DNA of 59,044 nt, filler included, from Dugesia japonica (lineage: Eukaryota), in NCBI GenBank assembly GCA_001938525.1. It is 6 parts of 6 records of this genome, joined end to end, with 100 filler letters (N's around TTAATTAATTAA, not from the genome) between each part and the next. Parts side by side here need not be neighbours in the genome. Positions count along the whole stretch, not along the records: positions 28,536 to 40,418 come from MQRL01604522.1; positions 40,519 to 49,392 come from MQRL01578867.1; positions 49,493 to 59,044 come from MQRL01536192.1; 3 more parts are not named here. One strand, given 5' to 3'. This document shows positions 36,916-50,318 of the stretch, one piece after another. The notes beneath the pieces were generated by a model. The model was not told where the DNA came from. It made no database searches and saw nothing but the letters and a program-made list of their open reading frames with translations. The translations under genes were made by a program, and so were the position numbers. How positions within the stretch are numbered: position 1 is the first letter of the stretch; every line of letters begins with the position of its first letter.

Positions 36916-37260
36916 CGTAAATAACAAAGGGCAGTGTTTAGTTTTTGAATAATCCTTAAACTCAAGCTCTTTTTCCATAGGCATTTTATGCAAAGTTGTT
37001 CCAGTTGGAATCCTATTACAAATAACAACATGAGTCTTCAAAGCTATATTGTTCTTGAATCTATTTAGACAATTTTCACATCATATTGACTGTATTCGAA
37101 CACCATTAAGTTTTCCCTGATTAATAGTTTGTTCAAATTCATTAAAGCGATATAGTGATAATTTTCTTTAATTTCTAACAACAGTAAATAAACTTTCTTT
37201 CCATCAGTTACCTTAGACCTATAAATGATACACAACTTTGGATGTTTCATTACAATTTCA
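36915..37260 (-). pseudogene. Polinton pPolB N-terminal-region fragment
   Basis: IYRSK..VYLLLLEIKENYHYIALMNLNKLL..ALKTHVVICN..KMPMEKELEFKDYSKTKHCP matches the pre-exonuclease region of Polinton PolB. Confidence 0.65.
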
Positions 37261-37329
37261 TCAGTTGTAATTTCAGAGGTGTGCAAGGAAGTAACAATTA
37301 TAATAGTAGAGAAATAATTACCAGATTTA

Positions 37330-37954
37330 ATTGGTGGATTAGAATTACAGAATAATTTTGGGTATCATCTTCAAACAAAGTGCAGGGTAGACATCAAAAA
37401 ACATTTGTTTGCAACATCGCGACAAAATGTGGAAAGCAGATAGAAAAGGGTGAACGATTAAGGCATGCAATGGAGATTCTAGAAAGATCATAGATTTACT
37501 GCGATTATTCAGAATAATGAGGATGTACTTATGGCGGATAAATGGTACATGGGATGCACACATTAAACGAAGCATCGAATAATCACTAAAAAAAGGTCCA
37601 ATCAACATGAAACCGTATCGTCAACCAATGAATCTAGAAGAGAAGATTGAAGAGGACATCAAGAATCTGTATGATAACAGTATCATACGGAAGTATAATA
37701 ATCAGTGCAATACGCCATTATTCTGCGTTTGAAAAAAGGAGAAAAAGGATATACGACTTGGGAAATGAATACTATTAAATGAAACGCAGTGACAATTCTC
37801 AAAACAAGGCGGCTTTTCGACCAAACAAGGGCAAATTTTATTTTAATACAATGCCTTTTGGAATTGCAGCAGCACCAGGTAAGTTCCAGGAAATGATGAA
37901 TAAAGTGATCGGGAAAATAAAAGGAGCGATGGTTTACCTAGATGATATTTTAAT
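37330..37954 (+). mobile_element. Ty3/Gypsy pol fragment (reverse transcriptase)
   Basis: PINMKPYRQP..CNTPLFCV*KK..KAAF..FNTMPFGIAAAPGKFQEMMNKVI..MVYLDDILI. Confidence 0.88.
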
Positions 37955-38939
37955 AGTAGGTTGATACTAGCACTCGTAGCCAGCACACCTTCGTAGCGCG
38001 AACCCCCCTCTTCCCACCGTGTGTAAAAATTACTACATAACTTTTCCCATGCAAATATCTGAAGACACATTGATGTGTATTGCGTAATGTATTACATATT
38101 GGCTACGAATATATATGATTTAATCGAGAAATAAATTATGTAACTTTTGTTCGTATTTTGAAAAGTTTAACGAGTTATCGGGTTTATAATGGTCGAATAA
38201 ATTTGTGTGTATTACATAACATTTGCTCGTATTTTTGAAACTTTTACCGAATTATTTAAATAGTTTATCGAATTATATAAATTTTAACGAATTATTTGAA
38301 AAGTTGACTGAATTATTTGAATTTTCAACTTTTTTGACTATATTTTAAGGGAATTCTTCGAGAAGGCTGGTTTTAGGGTGATTTTGGGCAATAACGTTTT
38401 CAGGTTGGTCTGTTTGGGTTTAATTTCTTTCGAAAATTCGTGGGAAATAGACAAATTTGTTTAAATAATACTAATAATTAACATTTTATGGAGAATGAGG
38501 GTGAACATGTTAAAAATAAAATTAATAGAAAAAACCTTTTTCTTCTCAAATTCAATAATTGCAATGTCTATTTGATAGAAAATATTTTGCTGATTCTAAA
38601 CATGTTAACCTAAATTCGTCAAATTTAATACTCGATAAAATAAATAAGGTTTTGTTGTGAAAAAATCTAAGATTTTAGTGCTCAGACCTCTAAAAAGCTT
38701 CCTAACAAATATCTACAACTGTCATCATCGAATTCGGAAACATTTTTTGAAAAATATCAAAAGTATCTCAAATTTGATAATTAAACTATTAGGTTTACGG
38801 TGATTATCAATATCATCACCAAAAGTCGTCAAACTTTATACATAAAAAGTTATACAGAAAAAACCAGTACTTTATTTAGGGGTCTCCGAGGAACATTAAA
38901 GATAATAAAACACACTGTAAAAACTAAATATCGTCTGTG

Positions 38940-39545
38940 TTTGTTAATGCTACTTTTAGATTATTAGAACTAAACATTGTGTGGTCTTAAGTAAAAATTT
39001 TAAATCGATTTACTGAGATCATTTTATTATCATTATAACAATCAAGGTATGACTTATGATTTATGTCAGTACATTTTAATGTTACACCCTTAGCCTTCAT
39101 AGACTTTTCTTCGCTAAGAAGACTGTAACATTTTGGTCTCAGAAAAATCCATTCTTTATACCTTATGACTTTGGACTCGCCTTTAAATTTCCCTACAACA
39201 GAATTCAACTTATTGCTATAAAGTGGATGAATTTTAGCATAATTTGGTCTATCAAGAAGATTATCTCTCACCATCAAGCCTGACAATTTCTCTAATTTAA
39301 TATTTGTAACATCTAGAAAGAAGCTATCTGTGTCTCCCACAACAATATTTATACAACAATTCTCTTCCTTACGGTAGTTTTCTAGTTCTATATACTGAAG
39401 CTGATACATTCTAAGCTTAGATAAATAAAGTACAGATTGTCCAATATAACTGGGATGATCCAAACAAACAACATCCTTATTAAGTTAAACAGCAATCAGA
39501 TCATTATCAATTTTAAATGTTTTCCTAAAGCTGGGTTTGGAAGGA
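38940..39545 (-). pseudogene. Polinton pPolB C-terminal fragment
   Basis: LDHPSYIGQSVLYLSKLRMY..GDTDSFF..VVGKFKGE..FLRPKCYS..KAKGV. Confidence 0.9.
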
Positions 39546-40518
39546 ATCATGAGTAATATTAAATATTATTATAATATTAAATGAGTTAGTTTAATCATGG
39601 TTTACCAGAATATATATTTATATTAAATATTTGGAATAAATAAAAGAATCCACAAGTGAAAATTATATTAGATTACCAAACTTCACTTGTTAAACATCAA
39701 TATAAGCGTTATGACAATTAATAAAACTAACGTAACCTCAATCCTGATCCAGAGCAAGCACAACGTTTGAATTGCTGATTCTTCAGTTGAAATTAACGAT
39801 TCAATGGGTCCACCATAACTGTTCATCCTCAAGTCGGAAATCGTTGCGTTTTATCAATAACAAGAAATTACCGTTGAATTCGCCTTTGAATCAAGTCTTC
39901 GTTTCAAATTTTGATAAATTAGTTGGAATCTGTTACAGTTGGTAAATTAACACTTTTATTTGATGAAAATGCATCAGGATTTATACCGGTTTTTGCTACA
40001 CCCTCGTTCTTTTCATTGGCTAATTTTCATTCTTTTGTGTTCTATAAGTTGATTATTTTAATTTCAACACATGATTTCTTCGGATTGGCTACTATTTTTA
40101 GATTCCAAAATTATTGGTCAATCTTTAAACCCTATTATCTTCTTTCCCCGTTCTGCCATGACTTTCTAACCTAGATTTTCGAAATCTCCAAATTTTTCTC
40201 GACCAGAACTTTATTAATTGATAATTTTAGCGTAACGAGAAGTATTCATTTTTCTATTTTTCCGTATAAATTTAATTTCCATTTTAAAATAAATCATTTT
40301 AATTCTTATGATTTATTTTATTTATATATTTTTATATATTCACCTTACTAATTCATCTTTAGAAAATATTTTAGAACTAGCCAATAGTATCAATGATAAC
40401 ATTAAATTCACTTTACAGNNNNNNNNNNNNNNNNNNNNNNNNNNNNNNNNNNNNNNNNNNNNTTAATTAATTAANNNNNNNNNNNNNNNNNNNNNNNNNN
40501 NNNNNNNNNNNNNNNNNN

Positions 40519-41190
40519 AAAGAAAACAAATTTCAGTGGACAGATGAAAATAAAGAATATTTTTACAAGCTACGTAAAAGGTTGACAGAACCGCCAGTGC
40601 TAGCTTTGCCAACAAAGGATGGAAAATATATCTTGGATACAGATGCTTCTCACAACTCAATTGGTGCTATAGTTTCTCAAGTACAAGAAGGCGAGGAACG
40701 AGTATTATACTATGAATCGAAGGCACTAGCAAAGAGTCAGAAATAGTACTGCATCACAAAAAAAGAGCTTNTGGCAATATATGTGTTTGTCCTCAAGTTT
40801 AAGCACTATTTAATGGAATCACAATTTGTGGTACGAACAGATCATCAAACATTAAAATGGATGCTTAATTAAGATAGCCAAAATACGTCACAATACTGCA
40901 TATGGAAAGCTGAACTGGAAATCTTTGATAAAATCGTAGAATTTAGAAAAGGTCGTGAGCATATTAATGCTGATGCACTTTCACGATTACCAGATTGCGA
41001 GCAGTGCTTAATAAAACATGAGGATCCAAAAAAGAAAAAAAACGTTAAAATATACAAAACAACAGACAAAGATGAGGAACAAAGTATAAACTCAGAAAGA
41101 TTTATAAATAAATTATTCCAGGAAGACGAATGGGAATAAAGAAAAGATATAAATATACGAATAATATTACAGGCTCTAGAAAGAAACGAG
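40519..41190 (+). mobile_element. Ty3/Gypsy pol fragment (connection and RNase H)
   Basis: LTEPPVLA..ILDTDAS..IGAIVSQ..YCITKKELLAI..VRTDHQTLKW..HINADALSR. Confidence 0.88.
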
Positions 41191-43572
41191 AGAACACTTG
41201 TTTTAATATTTCTTTTTTATGAAATATAATTTTGACTTGTTACATATCTTATTATTTAATATCTAGAGTTATATAAAAATTAGGATACCATGAATTTATA
41301 GCACATACATGTTTCATCTCAACCTTTTTCTTTATTTATTCATTTCAATAAGTCTAATTTCATTATCATATACTATTTTCATTAAGTAAATAATATAGCC
41401 AATACAATAAAATATATACATAAATTTTGATAAGTAAATAGTAACTGTCATAACATTTAAATTTCGATACAAAAAATATAGTCTTATTTCATTATCGCAT
41501 ATACAAATTTCAATAAACATATGCAATTATCAAGAGAACATTCTCCAAGTTCAATCATTCATAAACTAATTAATCCATATGTATATTGTAACCAGATATT
41601 TGTAAATTATAACTATCTATGTACAACTTGTAGCAAGCTATTTGTAAATTACCACCAGTTATGTGCAAATTGTAAACACTTGTATAAATTGTAACGCTAG
41701 GTCATGCATTTAATAATCCTAATATATTCAAAAGAAACTCTTCACTTTATCAATTCTATACCTATAATCCACTTATTTCGTCAAAACCACTTACTTATTA
41801 CACTTAAGCCAATCACTGAAACTAATCAATTTTAGTCTAAAATCAATAAATCATACACTTATTTTATTAGGACTTGTACAAATATATGCTAGTTGCAATA
41901 AAAAATATTTTTAAAATCTGACATTGAAACATTAATTTGAATAACATGGTTTTTATAAAATTTCTATAGATATAGTATGCAAATTGGTACGGAAAACTAA
42001 TGCGATACAGTAAACCAACGAGTAAAGAAAGCCAATAGATGCAGAAAACCAATGGGTGTAGTAAACTAATTGACATAGTAAACCAGTGAACACCCCACAT
42101 TACAGAACAAGTAGTACCACAGAGCGCAATCGAATTAGTAAATCCAAGTAAAATACTGATTAATTATTATTATAAAAATTTAATGTATTTAGTTTTTGAC
42201 TGTCCATGCTCAAAAGAGTTTAATGAAATGTCAAAATGTATGAAAAGATTCAATATGTATTGAAATAAATCTTGTAATTTTTTATTTTTTGAGATCATTA
42301 TTGATCGAGAAAATTCTAAACCAAAGCCAAAGTGGTTTAGTGTACCACACCCGTTTTCAGAGAGAACCCCGAAATTTTCGACAAAAGTAATATAAAATGT
42401 GGGTACAGGTTTTAATTCTGAGTTTAAAAAAACCAAATTAGAAATTATACAATAAAATCTGACCGAAAAAAGTCCAAAAAAAATCGAAATTTCGAATTCC
42501 TCGAACCAAAATTTGGTCAATAAAAATCGAAACAATTTTTGACCAATCAAAATTCTGTATTTCTAAACCAAAATTTATAACCAAATTTTTAAACCATTTT
42601 GTCGACAGGGGTATGTGTTTAGTACTACATAATCTACCTATTCGCTTGCTACAACATCACTGAATACTCCTTTTATTACTGTAAAAATTTCTTCCCAATA
42701 CCGTTAGTTTTTTCTTCTGTTTGATTTATTGATGCCTCTCTATAATTCTGTCTTTTTTTACTCCCTGGTCGTGTTTCTATAATAATTTTTTTTAGTTTAC
42801 TAATATTTGGTATAAGTCTTAGTTCCTAACATGAAGCTTATATATTATCTATAATTCGAAACTATAGAAAGTTAAATATTTGGTATTTAATCGGATCCTT
42901 TTGTATTCATTTTGGAATCAAAACAGTTTTAGAGAAGCATTTAAAAAATCATTAAGATATGTAATCAAGTTACGTAAACTGAATTCCAATTATTAAATAG
43001 AACTTTTATCAATTACTTTAAACTTTTATAACAAGCTGTGTTCAAACGAAGTAAACTATTGGAAAGGTTTGTTTAACTGAGGAAACATAATTCATAAATT
43101 CAAAAGAAAGATTTATTTCAACTAAATAAACCATTTGTATACGATTACAAATTAAGTTTGATCTGAAAATTTTGTTCTCGTGCGAAAATCAACATCGATT
43201 TTTCATCTAATAAGAAATGAAATAATATTTTGAATTTGTATTATTTGAAAAGGCATTCATTTGCATTCAAGCATGTGTCAGTTATAGATATTTTAAAAAT
43301 AGAGAATTCTTCAATTTAAATGTATATTGACGCTATTTATATCAATCATCCAATAATAATTGGAAATTATTAGACTTTGTGGAAATTAATTATAAAAGTA
43401 GAAAGAAATAAAAATAAAAGCTATCAAAGGATAATTTGTTTGTTATAAAAAATAAACTGTCGAATACATCAAATATGATTATTACATGTCTAGGTGAAGG
43501 AATACGCCTTTATGTTTTCAAAGTCAATAAATTATGTTCTTTATTGAGCTAAACATGACAAAACTTTGATAG

Positions 43573-44760
43573 TAGGATTTCCATTACCCGATCATTTTTT
43601 ACTTCCCGGGAATCGGGATTTCCCGAAGAGTTTCTCAGAGATCCCGGGATTCAGCTTTCCTCAATAAATAAGCAATATAGTTTTTAATTTTTGTATAGAT
43701 ATTTTGAGTTTCAAAATGTATAGTTTTCGTTCACCATTTCTTGAGCACTTGCTCACTAAATTACTGTAATTTTGTGATTTGCGGTCATACAGAAACCAAT
43801 TAAAATAAGTGAAGTAGTCTACTACTATTAAAGCAGAATATGTGAACTAATCTTTACTGTTGATAACACTTTTTAGGTACAATCAGAATATTACAGAAAA
43901 ATNNNNNNNNNNNNNNNNNNNNNNNNNNNNNNNNNNNNNNNNNNNNNNNNNNNNNNNNNNNNNNNNNNNNNNNNNNNNNNNNNNNNNNNNNNNNNNNNAA
44001 CCCATGACAGAAAAAGCTTGTTCAGCTTCTACAGATGTTGGACGAATTGAACAAAGGCATTCAAAATCTTCTCTAGATTTTAAGGTCTTTTCTTAGTAGC
44101 TTCATACAACTGCATTTTCTTCCTGATAATGCTTAGACAGCACTTATTTTGTGCTGGTGTGGATTTGTTGTCTGTCTCATATAAGAAGGAATTAAGTTCA
44201 TCAGCAAGAGAAGTATGGGTTTTTTGTAAGGAGATAGAATTTTTCTGGTCAACCTTGACTTCTTCAAAGTCATCCATGATATTTTTACTAACCCTTCAAT
44301 ATTTTAAAATTTAAAAATGATAGAGGAGCTGAATATTAGATCAAATTTTTATAATTTATAATTTAAATAAAGTAGATTACTAGTTTAAAAGAAAAATATG
44401 TCNNNNNNNNNNNNNNNNNNNNNNNNNNNNNNNNNNNNNNNNNNNNNNNNNNNNNNNNNNNNNNNNNNNNNNNNNNNNNNNNNNNNNNNNNNNNNNNNNN
44501 NNNNNNNNNNNNNNNNNNNNNNNNNNNNNNNNNNNNNTAACTAATTAAAACAATTACAAATTGTAATGTAATAAAATTTTAGAAATATCGACCAAATTCA
44601 AAATATTTATTAATATTTAACTAGAAAGCTTGCTTCATTTCAATTTTTATTTTGGGAATATTTCTCGGGAAGTTTTCAAAAAATCCCCAGGAAACGGGAA
44701 AATAATTTTTGGGAAATTCCCGGGAATTCCCGATCAGAAATTCCCGGGATGGAAACCCTA
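43573..44760 (-). mobile_element. Non-autonomous hAT element with TIRs and 8-bp TSD
   Basis: Termini TAGGATTTCCAT..CCCG / CCCGGGATGGAAACCCTA with TTCCCGGGAA subterminal repeats; flanks TTTGATAG / TTTGAGAG; minus-strand RPTSVEAEQAFSVMG (hAT dimerisation motif). Confidence 0.85.
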
Positions 44761-45634
44761 TTTGAGAGTCATAACATCATACACTAATTATTTACGAAAA
44801 CATTAATATCTCTGTGAAAAATGCTAATATTTTATTTTAGAATTTAGAAGGGAGAGTAAATAAAGTTAAAATTTGTGCAAGCTATTAAAAAAAAAGCTGT
44901 TATTTATGTAAATAAAGAGTTCTTTGTCCAGAATAATTATTATTTAACGTAGGGTCTATTTATTCATATCTTGCATTGATTTGGTAAAGTTTAAAAGAAA
45001 TATGAAACATCACCAATTCTTAAATATTGATTCATCATCGATGTAAGCTCCAGTTATTCAAGTATGCTGTCATCTTGACCATCCAATGGATAATTAAAAT
45101 CTGCCAATATTATATAGTACTCTCCGTGGTTAAGCTATTTAGCTAGTTGTCATCTTTAACGGTATTCATTAAATTACTCCCTCGGGGTTAATGTTTCATC
45201 ATTGATGACAAACATGTGAGTATTGGTAGCATATGGGTCGTTTTTTACCATTACGATATGCTTGTATTTATCTCGACAATTACCATAACAAGAATTGACA
45301 ACGATATTATTATCCTCCGTGTAATTATCAGAATCAAATACAGCCATAACAATTAGACACATTATTATCAGGAAAAAGCATTTCGAAGTCACTAAACAAT
45401 AGCCACTATTAGTAACAGTGTCGTCAAGAGATTCAGTAATATTAACTATTCTACTTTAATATTATAGTTACCGTTATAATTTCAATGATAAATAGTATTA
45501 ATTTCCTAATAAAATTATAAGACAATGAGACATTAGTTCATCCTTAAAACCCTTATAATTATCCACTAGTTCTGTTTTAAACAAACCTTATTTTTGGCTA
45601 ATTTAATTTTTGTAAACAATAATTTATTTATAAA

Positions 45635-46200
45635 AATAACAGAACGCCATTTAATAAATTATTTATTTGTTGCAATTAATTTCAACGGAATAACCACCAT
45701 CATCAGGCAATTAATGATTATTATAGCAAGCTATTTATCAACTTTAAATAACTATATAATTCCAGTTATGCAATCTCAATAAATAATCAATAAAATAATT
45801 TTAAGAGCGATGTTGAATCCGTCAACTGAAAATTAATTTTAGGATTTAATACTCTTATCAACAAAACTTCAAACATTACTCATTTCCAAATAATTATTAC
45901 ATCCACTGCACAAGATTTTAAAATCAGAAAACCCTATTGATTTTATAAATTTTTTTACAAAGTCAAAAATGTATAAAATCAATAGGGTTTTGTGATTTTA
46001 AAATCGTGTGCAGTGAATTTAATAATTGTTGGAATAGAGTAATGTGTGAAGCTTTGTTTATCAGGTTGTTGATAAATTATATAGTCATTTAAACTTTGTT
46101 TTAATAGTTTGTTTTAATAATCATTAATTGCCTGATGATGACGGTTATTCCGTTGAAATTAATTCCAACGAATAAATATTTTATTAAATATCGTTCTTTA
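45635..46200. repeat. Long imperfect palindrome of two inverted Penelope-type pLTRs, each with a hammerhead motif
   Basis: Arms mirror around ~45957; hammerhead cores at 45670-45710 (-) and 46128-46168 (+). Confidence 0.75.
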
Positions 46201-47199
46201 ATTTTTCTGAAAAAATTGCCAATGTTTATTGAGTTTTTATTAATTTATTTCTATAATAGAATATTTCAAATTTTAAATAACTTTTAAATGTAAATATTTA
46301 AAAATCTAAAATATAGGTTTACTGAAAAATTTTTATTAATAATTTTAAATTTTAATTTAATTGATGGTTTTTAAAGGAATTTAAAATTACAAATATTGAA
46401 GTTGATCTCTTAAAAANNNNNNNNNNNNNNNNNNNNNNNNNNNNNNNNNNNNNNNNNNNNNNNNNNNNNNNNNNNNNNNNNNNNNNNNNNNNNNNNNNNN
46501 NNNNNNNNNNNNNNNNNNNNNNNNNNNNNNNNNNNNNNNNNNNNNNNNNNNNNNNNNNNNNNNNNNNNNNNNNNNNNNNNNNNNNNNNNNNNNNNNNNNN
46601 NNNNNNNNNNNNNNNNCAACAATTATTCTCGCAATAATTGCAATTGTAAAATGGTAACTATAATAATTATGTTATACTGGCATACGGTCGGAATGATTTC
46701 ATGAAATATTAACAGAAAATGATGATTAAAAACGTTTTTAAAATTAATTGGTTAAAGAGATTTCTAAGAATATTTTGATTGAATTTGAGAAATCAAATAT
46801 AAATTTCGTATATTCCTATAAATATTAGACACTTTATATAATTAACATTTTTGAAGAGCTTTTAACTGATTATTACGTGAAACAGGTGAAATTAATTAAT
46901 AAAACCACGGACAATAAAACATTTTAAAAAATCTACATTTTATATTGTCACCCCAAACAATATATTAAAAAAACGGAAAGACCGTTTATTTTGTTGACAT
47001 TTGACACAGAACGTTAACAAATGGCAAAATTTCTGATTGTTTGATTTCAATTCACAAAAAAATATTTAATATAACGAAAAAAATCAGTAAAAAATTTGTC
47101 ATTTAAATAAATTTTTATCTATTTTGTTTTTTTCAGCATTTTTTTGAATTTAGATAATCACTGATAAATAAATTAAAGCAAAATCTAAAAATAATGAAA

Positions 47200-47690
47200 T
47201 TTATAATTACAATATAAAATATGTCACTAATAAAATAAGATGTACCACATATAAAAACATTAATAGATGAAACAGGCAGAACCATCCAATATCTCAAACA
47301 AAAAGAAAGTTTAGTTTTCAAATACTTTCAACATAAACATTAAATTTCACCAGAACAACATCACATAACATGAGAAACAATAGGAACAGGCTACCTTTCA
47401 ACACTTCACAGGAAAAACATGAAGAATTACATGTAGAAGATAATTCTAAAATCAATGTAATTTATAATAATTAAATAATTAAAATTAAAAAAATTAAAAT
47501 TAACCAATTGAAATTCAATAAAATTAATTATTTAAAAATATTTTCTCTATTGTAAAAATAAATATGGAATAAATCACAAAGTCAATTCCTGACGAAGGCA
47601 AAGTCGAAAATTCGAAATACTATCAAAAACAAAGAAAATTATGATCGAAGCTTTTATTTTAATGAAATCTCAAATATGATCAATGATTAA
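47200..47690 (+). mobile_element. Penelope 3' relic with hammerhead at 47584-47618
   Basis: Similar to 23270-23560; TTC-CTGACGA-AGGCAAAGTC-GAAA-ATTC-GAA. Confidence 0.6.
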
Positions 47691-48099
47691 ATATCGAAGC
47701 TGATGAATTCAATGAATATTCGCAAAATTGTTTGTAATTAAAAGGTTATAATGCCAAATTATTTATAGACCTATCTATTAATTATGGTTGGTTTATGTTG
47801 TGTTTTTTGTTGATTTAATTGTTATAAAATTCGATTTTTAAATCTTATCTTCAGCGGTTAGAGCTCCTTTTTTACTTCTAGTTTTTCCTTTGATTTAACC
47901 ATATAAATATTTGTATTTAATAATTTAAGTTTTAACTAAAACATATATTTAACCTAATAATATAAATATGTTTATATATCAAACAAGGCAGATTGTAAAA
48001 AAAGTTAAAGTAATATTTAACAGATTTAACTTGATAAAATCATATTGTTAGATAAGTTTGGAGTAGACTTGAATTCACAATTTGATTTGGAATTCTTTA

Positions 48100-48500
48100 G
48101 ATGTGACAACTATGGAAAATTAATGGAACCAAATTTTTAAAAGAATAATAATAAGTTCTAGTAACGCAGTAGATCGTAGACATTTCAGGAGCACAAATTT
48201 TTATATCTGCTGAATGAAACGAAGATGTAACCGAGTGGTTAAATTGCGATGCAAACGATTACGTATTCCAAATTTTGAATAATGACAATTAAAGAAATAT
48301 CTGACTCAAAGGAACAAGATCAAGAAGACAAAGAAGAGATTTGTAAAACGGGTAATCTTGACTCTATACATTCTGAAGCTTTTCAGTGTTCAGATGTTAC
48401 TATGAAGTGGTTTAATAACCAAGAAGAGGTTATTTGGTTCGCGATTTGGTAGCTTTTTAAAGAAGAGCTAGCTTTAAGCAAAAATTGATAATGGATTTTT
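48100..48500 (+). mobile_element. pogo/Tigger transposase C-terminal remnant
   Basis: EDVTEWLNCDAND..FQILNND..HSEAFQC..MKWFNNQEE..KQKLIMDF. Confidence 0.55.
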
Positions 48501-48539
48501 TAATAAAATAATTAATTACATAAGTAAAAATACTGAAAT

Positions 48540-49320
48540 TAATGATGCCAATAATGATGATAATGATAATTTAAATTGTGAAAATATTAGCAAAGATCCA
48601 AATAAGATAGATAAGTTTAATTACGTATTAACTATTCCGTATTCAGAAGGATTTCAACAATTTAAGAGTGGGTTATTAAAATGACTCGTTCATTTTAGAA
48701 ATTGTTTCGCAATCTTTTAAAATCATAAATATGTTTAGTAATATGTCTAAAACACCAATTCAATTATGTTCTGATCTTGTTTATAAATATGAACGTAATG
48801 GATATAATACAACATACATTGGAGAGACTTCCCGTCATCTCGGTACAATAATTAAAGAGTATCGTCGAGTTGGTAGTGAAAGTAATATTAGTGAACATAA
48901 TATTAATTGTAAATCAGTTATCGGTTTAAATAATTTTAAAATTTGTGCAAAAACTTTAAAGACTATTGGGAGAGAGTTATGTGTGAAGCATTGATGATTA
49001 GATCAGTTGATCAAAAAATTAATGTTCAAACTGGTCTTTCTAAATCTTTGTTGAATGTTTTAAATTAATCAGATTTATTGAAGAGATTGCATAATTGATT
49101 ACATAATCAGAAGTTTTTTATATATACTAATTTTTAAAAAAAAATGTAAAAAGGAATAAATATTGCTTCAATAAAATATTTTCCAAAAAGAATTAAATTA
49201 TTGTATTCGAAGATGACAGATATTCTGTCGAAACATGTTATACAAAAATATATATTTAAATGGCGTTTCAAAGTTTTTATTAAAAAATTGCCATTTTTCT
49301 TCGATTATTTAAGAAAAACT
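48540..49320 (+). mobile_element. Penelope-like GIY-YIG and pLTR fragment, same family as 26900-28435
   Basis: SDLVYKYE..YIGETSRHLGTIIKEYRR..SNISEH; direct nucleotide similarity to the reverse complement of 26870-27580; hammerhead-like motif at 49201-49245. Confidence 0.85.
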
Positions 49321-49492
49321 TATGGATCAATTCCCATTGAAGGACCGGAAAATGTCATCGATATTGTAAGTGATTTCTTTGAGAGATATAAANNNNNNNN
49401 NNNNNNNNNNNNNNNNNNNNNNNNNNNNNNNNNNNNTTAATTAATTAANNNNNNNNNNNNNNNNNNNNNNNNNNNNNNNNNNNNNNNNNNNN

Positions 49493-49605
49493 TAATGCAG
49501 ATATGTTATCTAGACCAAGATGTGAGGTATGTGTACAATCTCAAATGTCACATGAAGAAGCTAAGAAAGGGAAGATTGAAACGAGAATAAGCTCACATGA
49601 AAAGT
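49493..49605 (+). mobile_element. Short Gypsy RNase H C-terminal fragment
   Basis: NADMLSRPRCEVCVQSQMSHEEAKKGK, paralogous to NADALSRLPDCEQCLIKHEDPKKKK at ~40965. Confidence 0.6.
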
Positions 49606-50318
49606 AAAATATTAACCAAATTGTTATACTCATGATAAGAATCAAAGTGATTGGAAGCTGAAATGAGCTGTGTCCATGTCTCTGGTACTGTTACAAAAAT
49701 TGGCCAATTTAACCGATCACTTCGTGAGACCCCAACAATAATAAGTAATATCAATAAAAAATTCCAAAATTTCAATTACACAATTTAAAATAATTCTAAA
49801 AATTTTATTTTTAATTATATTTTATTTCTTGAAATTTGATACAAAATTATTTTTTCATATTTTATGAAAAAAAATGATTTTAATTATTTTCAATTTAAAT
49901 TTTAAAACTGAATATTTTTATTATTTTCAAAAAAAACATTCAATATGCATCAGTGATAATTAAAAAATTTCACAGAACTTCACACACAAGAATATGAATT
50001 CTATTGTTAATTCATATGAACTCATTTTATCAAACGTGAAAATTTCTTATGGTGGAAATACATTTTCATAATGTTGATAATATTATTGTTTTTATTTAAT
50101 CAAATGTCTTAATACAAAAATAATTTGGAAATTTCAATAAGTACACACAACAAAATACTTATAGCAAACTGCTTTTAATATTTCATACTTCATCTATGTT
50201 AAAAATATTAAATATTTTCAAAATTACGAAAATAAAGTAAGGTGTAGAACAAAAAAGTTTCAAAAAAATGTTTCTTTTTAAAATTTTTATTAAAGTAACA
50301 AAAACGTTTTTTCATTTT

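Noticed and set aside
36732-37041. Poly-Leu and poly-Ile ORFs
   Set aside because: Translation of the (AAT)n microsatellite and N gap; only the PolB-like part is meaningful.
45000-45460. Minus-strand ORF with a hydrophobic start and nearby YIILADFNYP (AP-endonuclease-like) motif
   Set aside because: Interrupted by stops with only one short motif; cannot be assigned.
9558-49448. Five TTAATTAATTAA islands inside N runs at roughly 10-kb spacing
   Set aside because: Artificial six-frame-stop scaffold linkers. They also invalidate synteny across the joins.
49593-49775. 60-aa ORF with a signal-peptide-like start
   Set aside because: Non-ATG start, abuts a Gypsy fragment, no recognisable homology.
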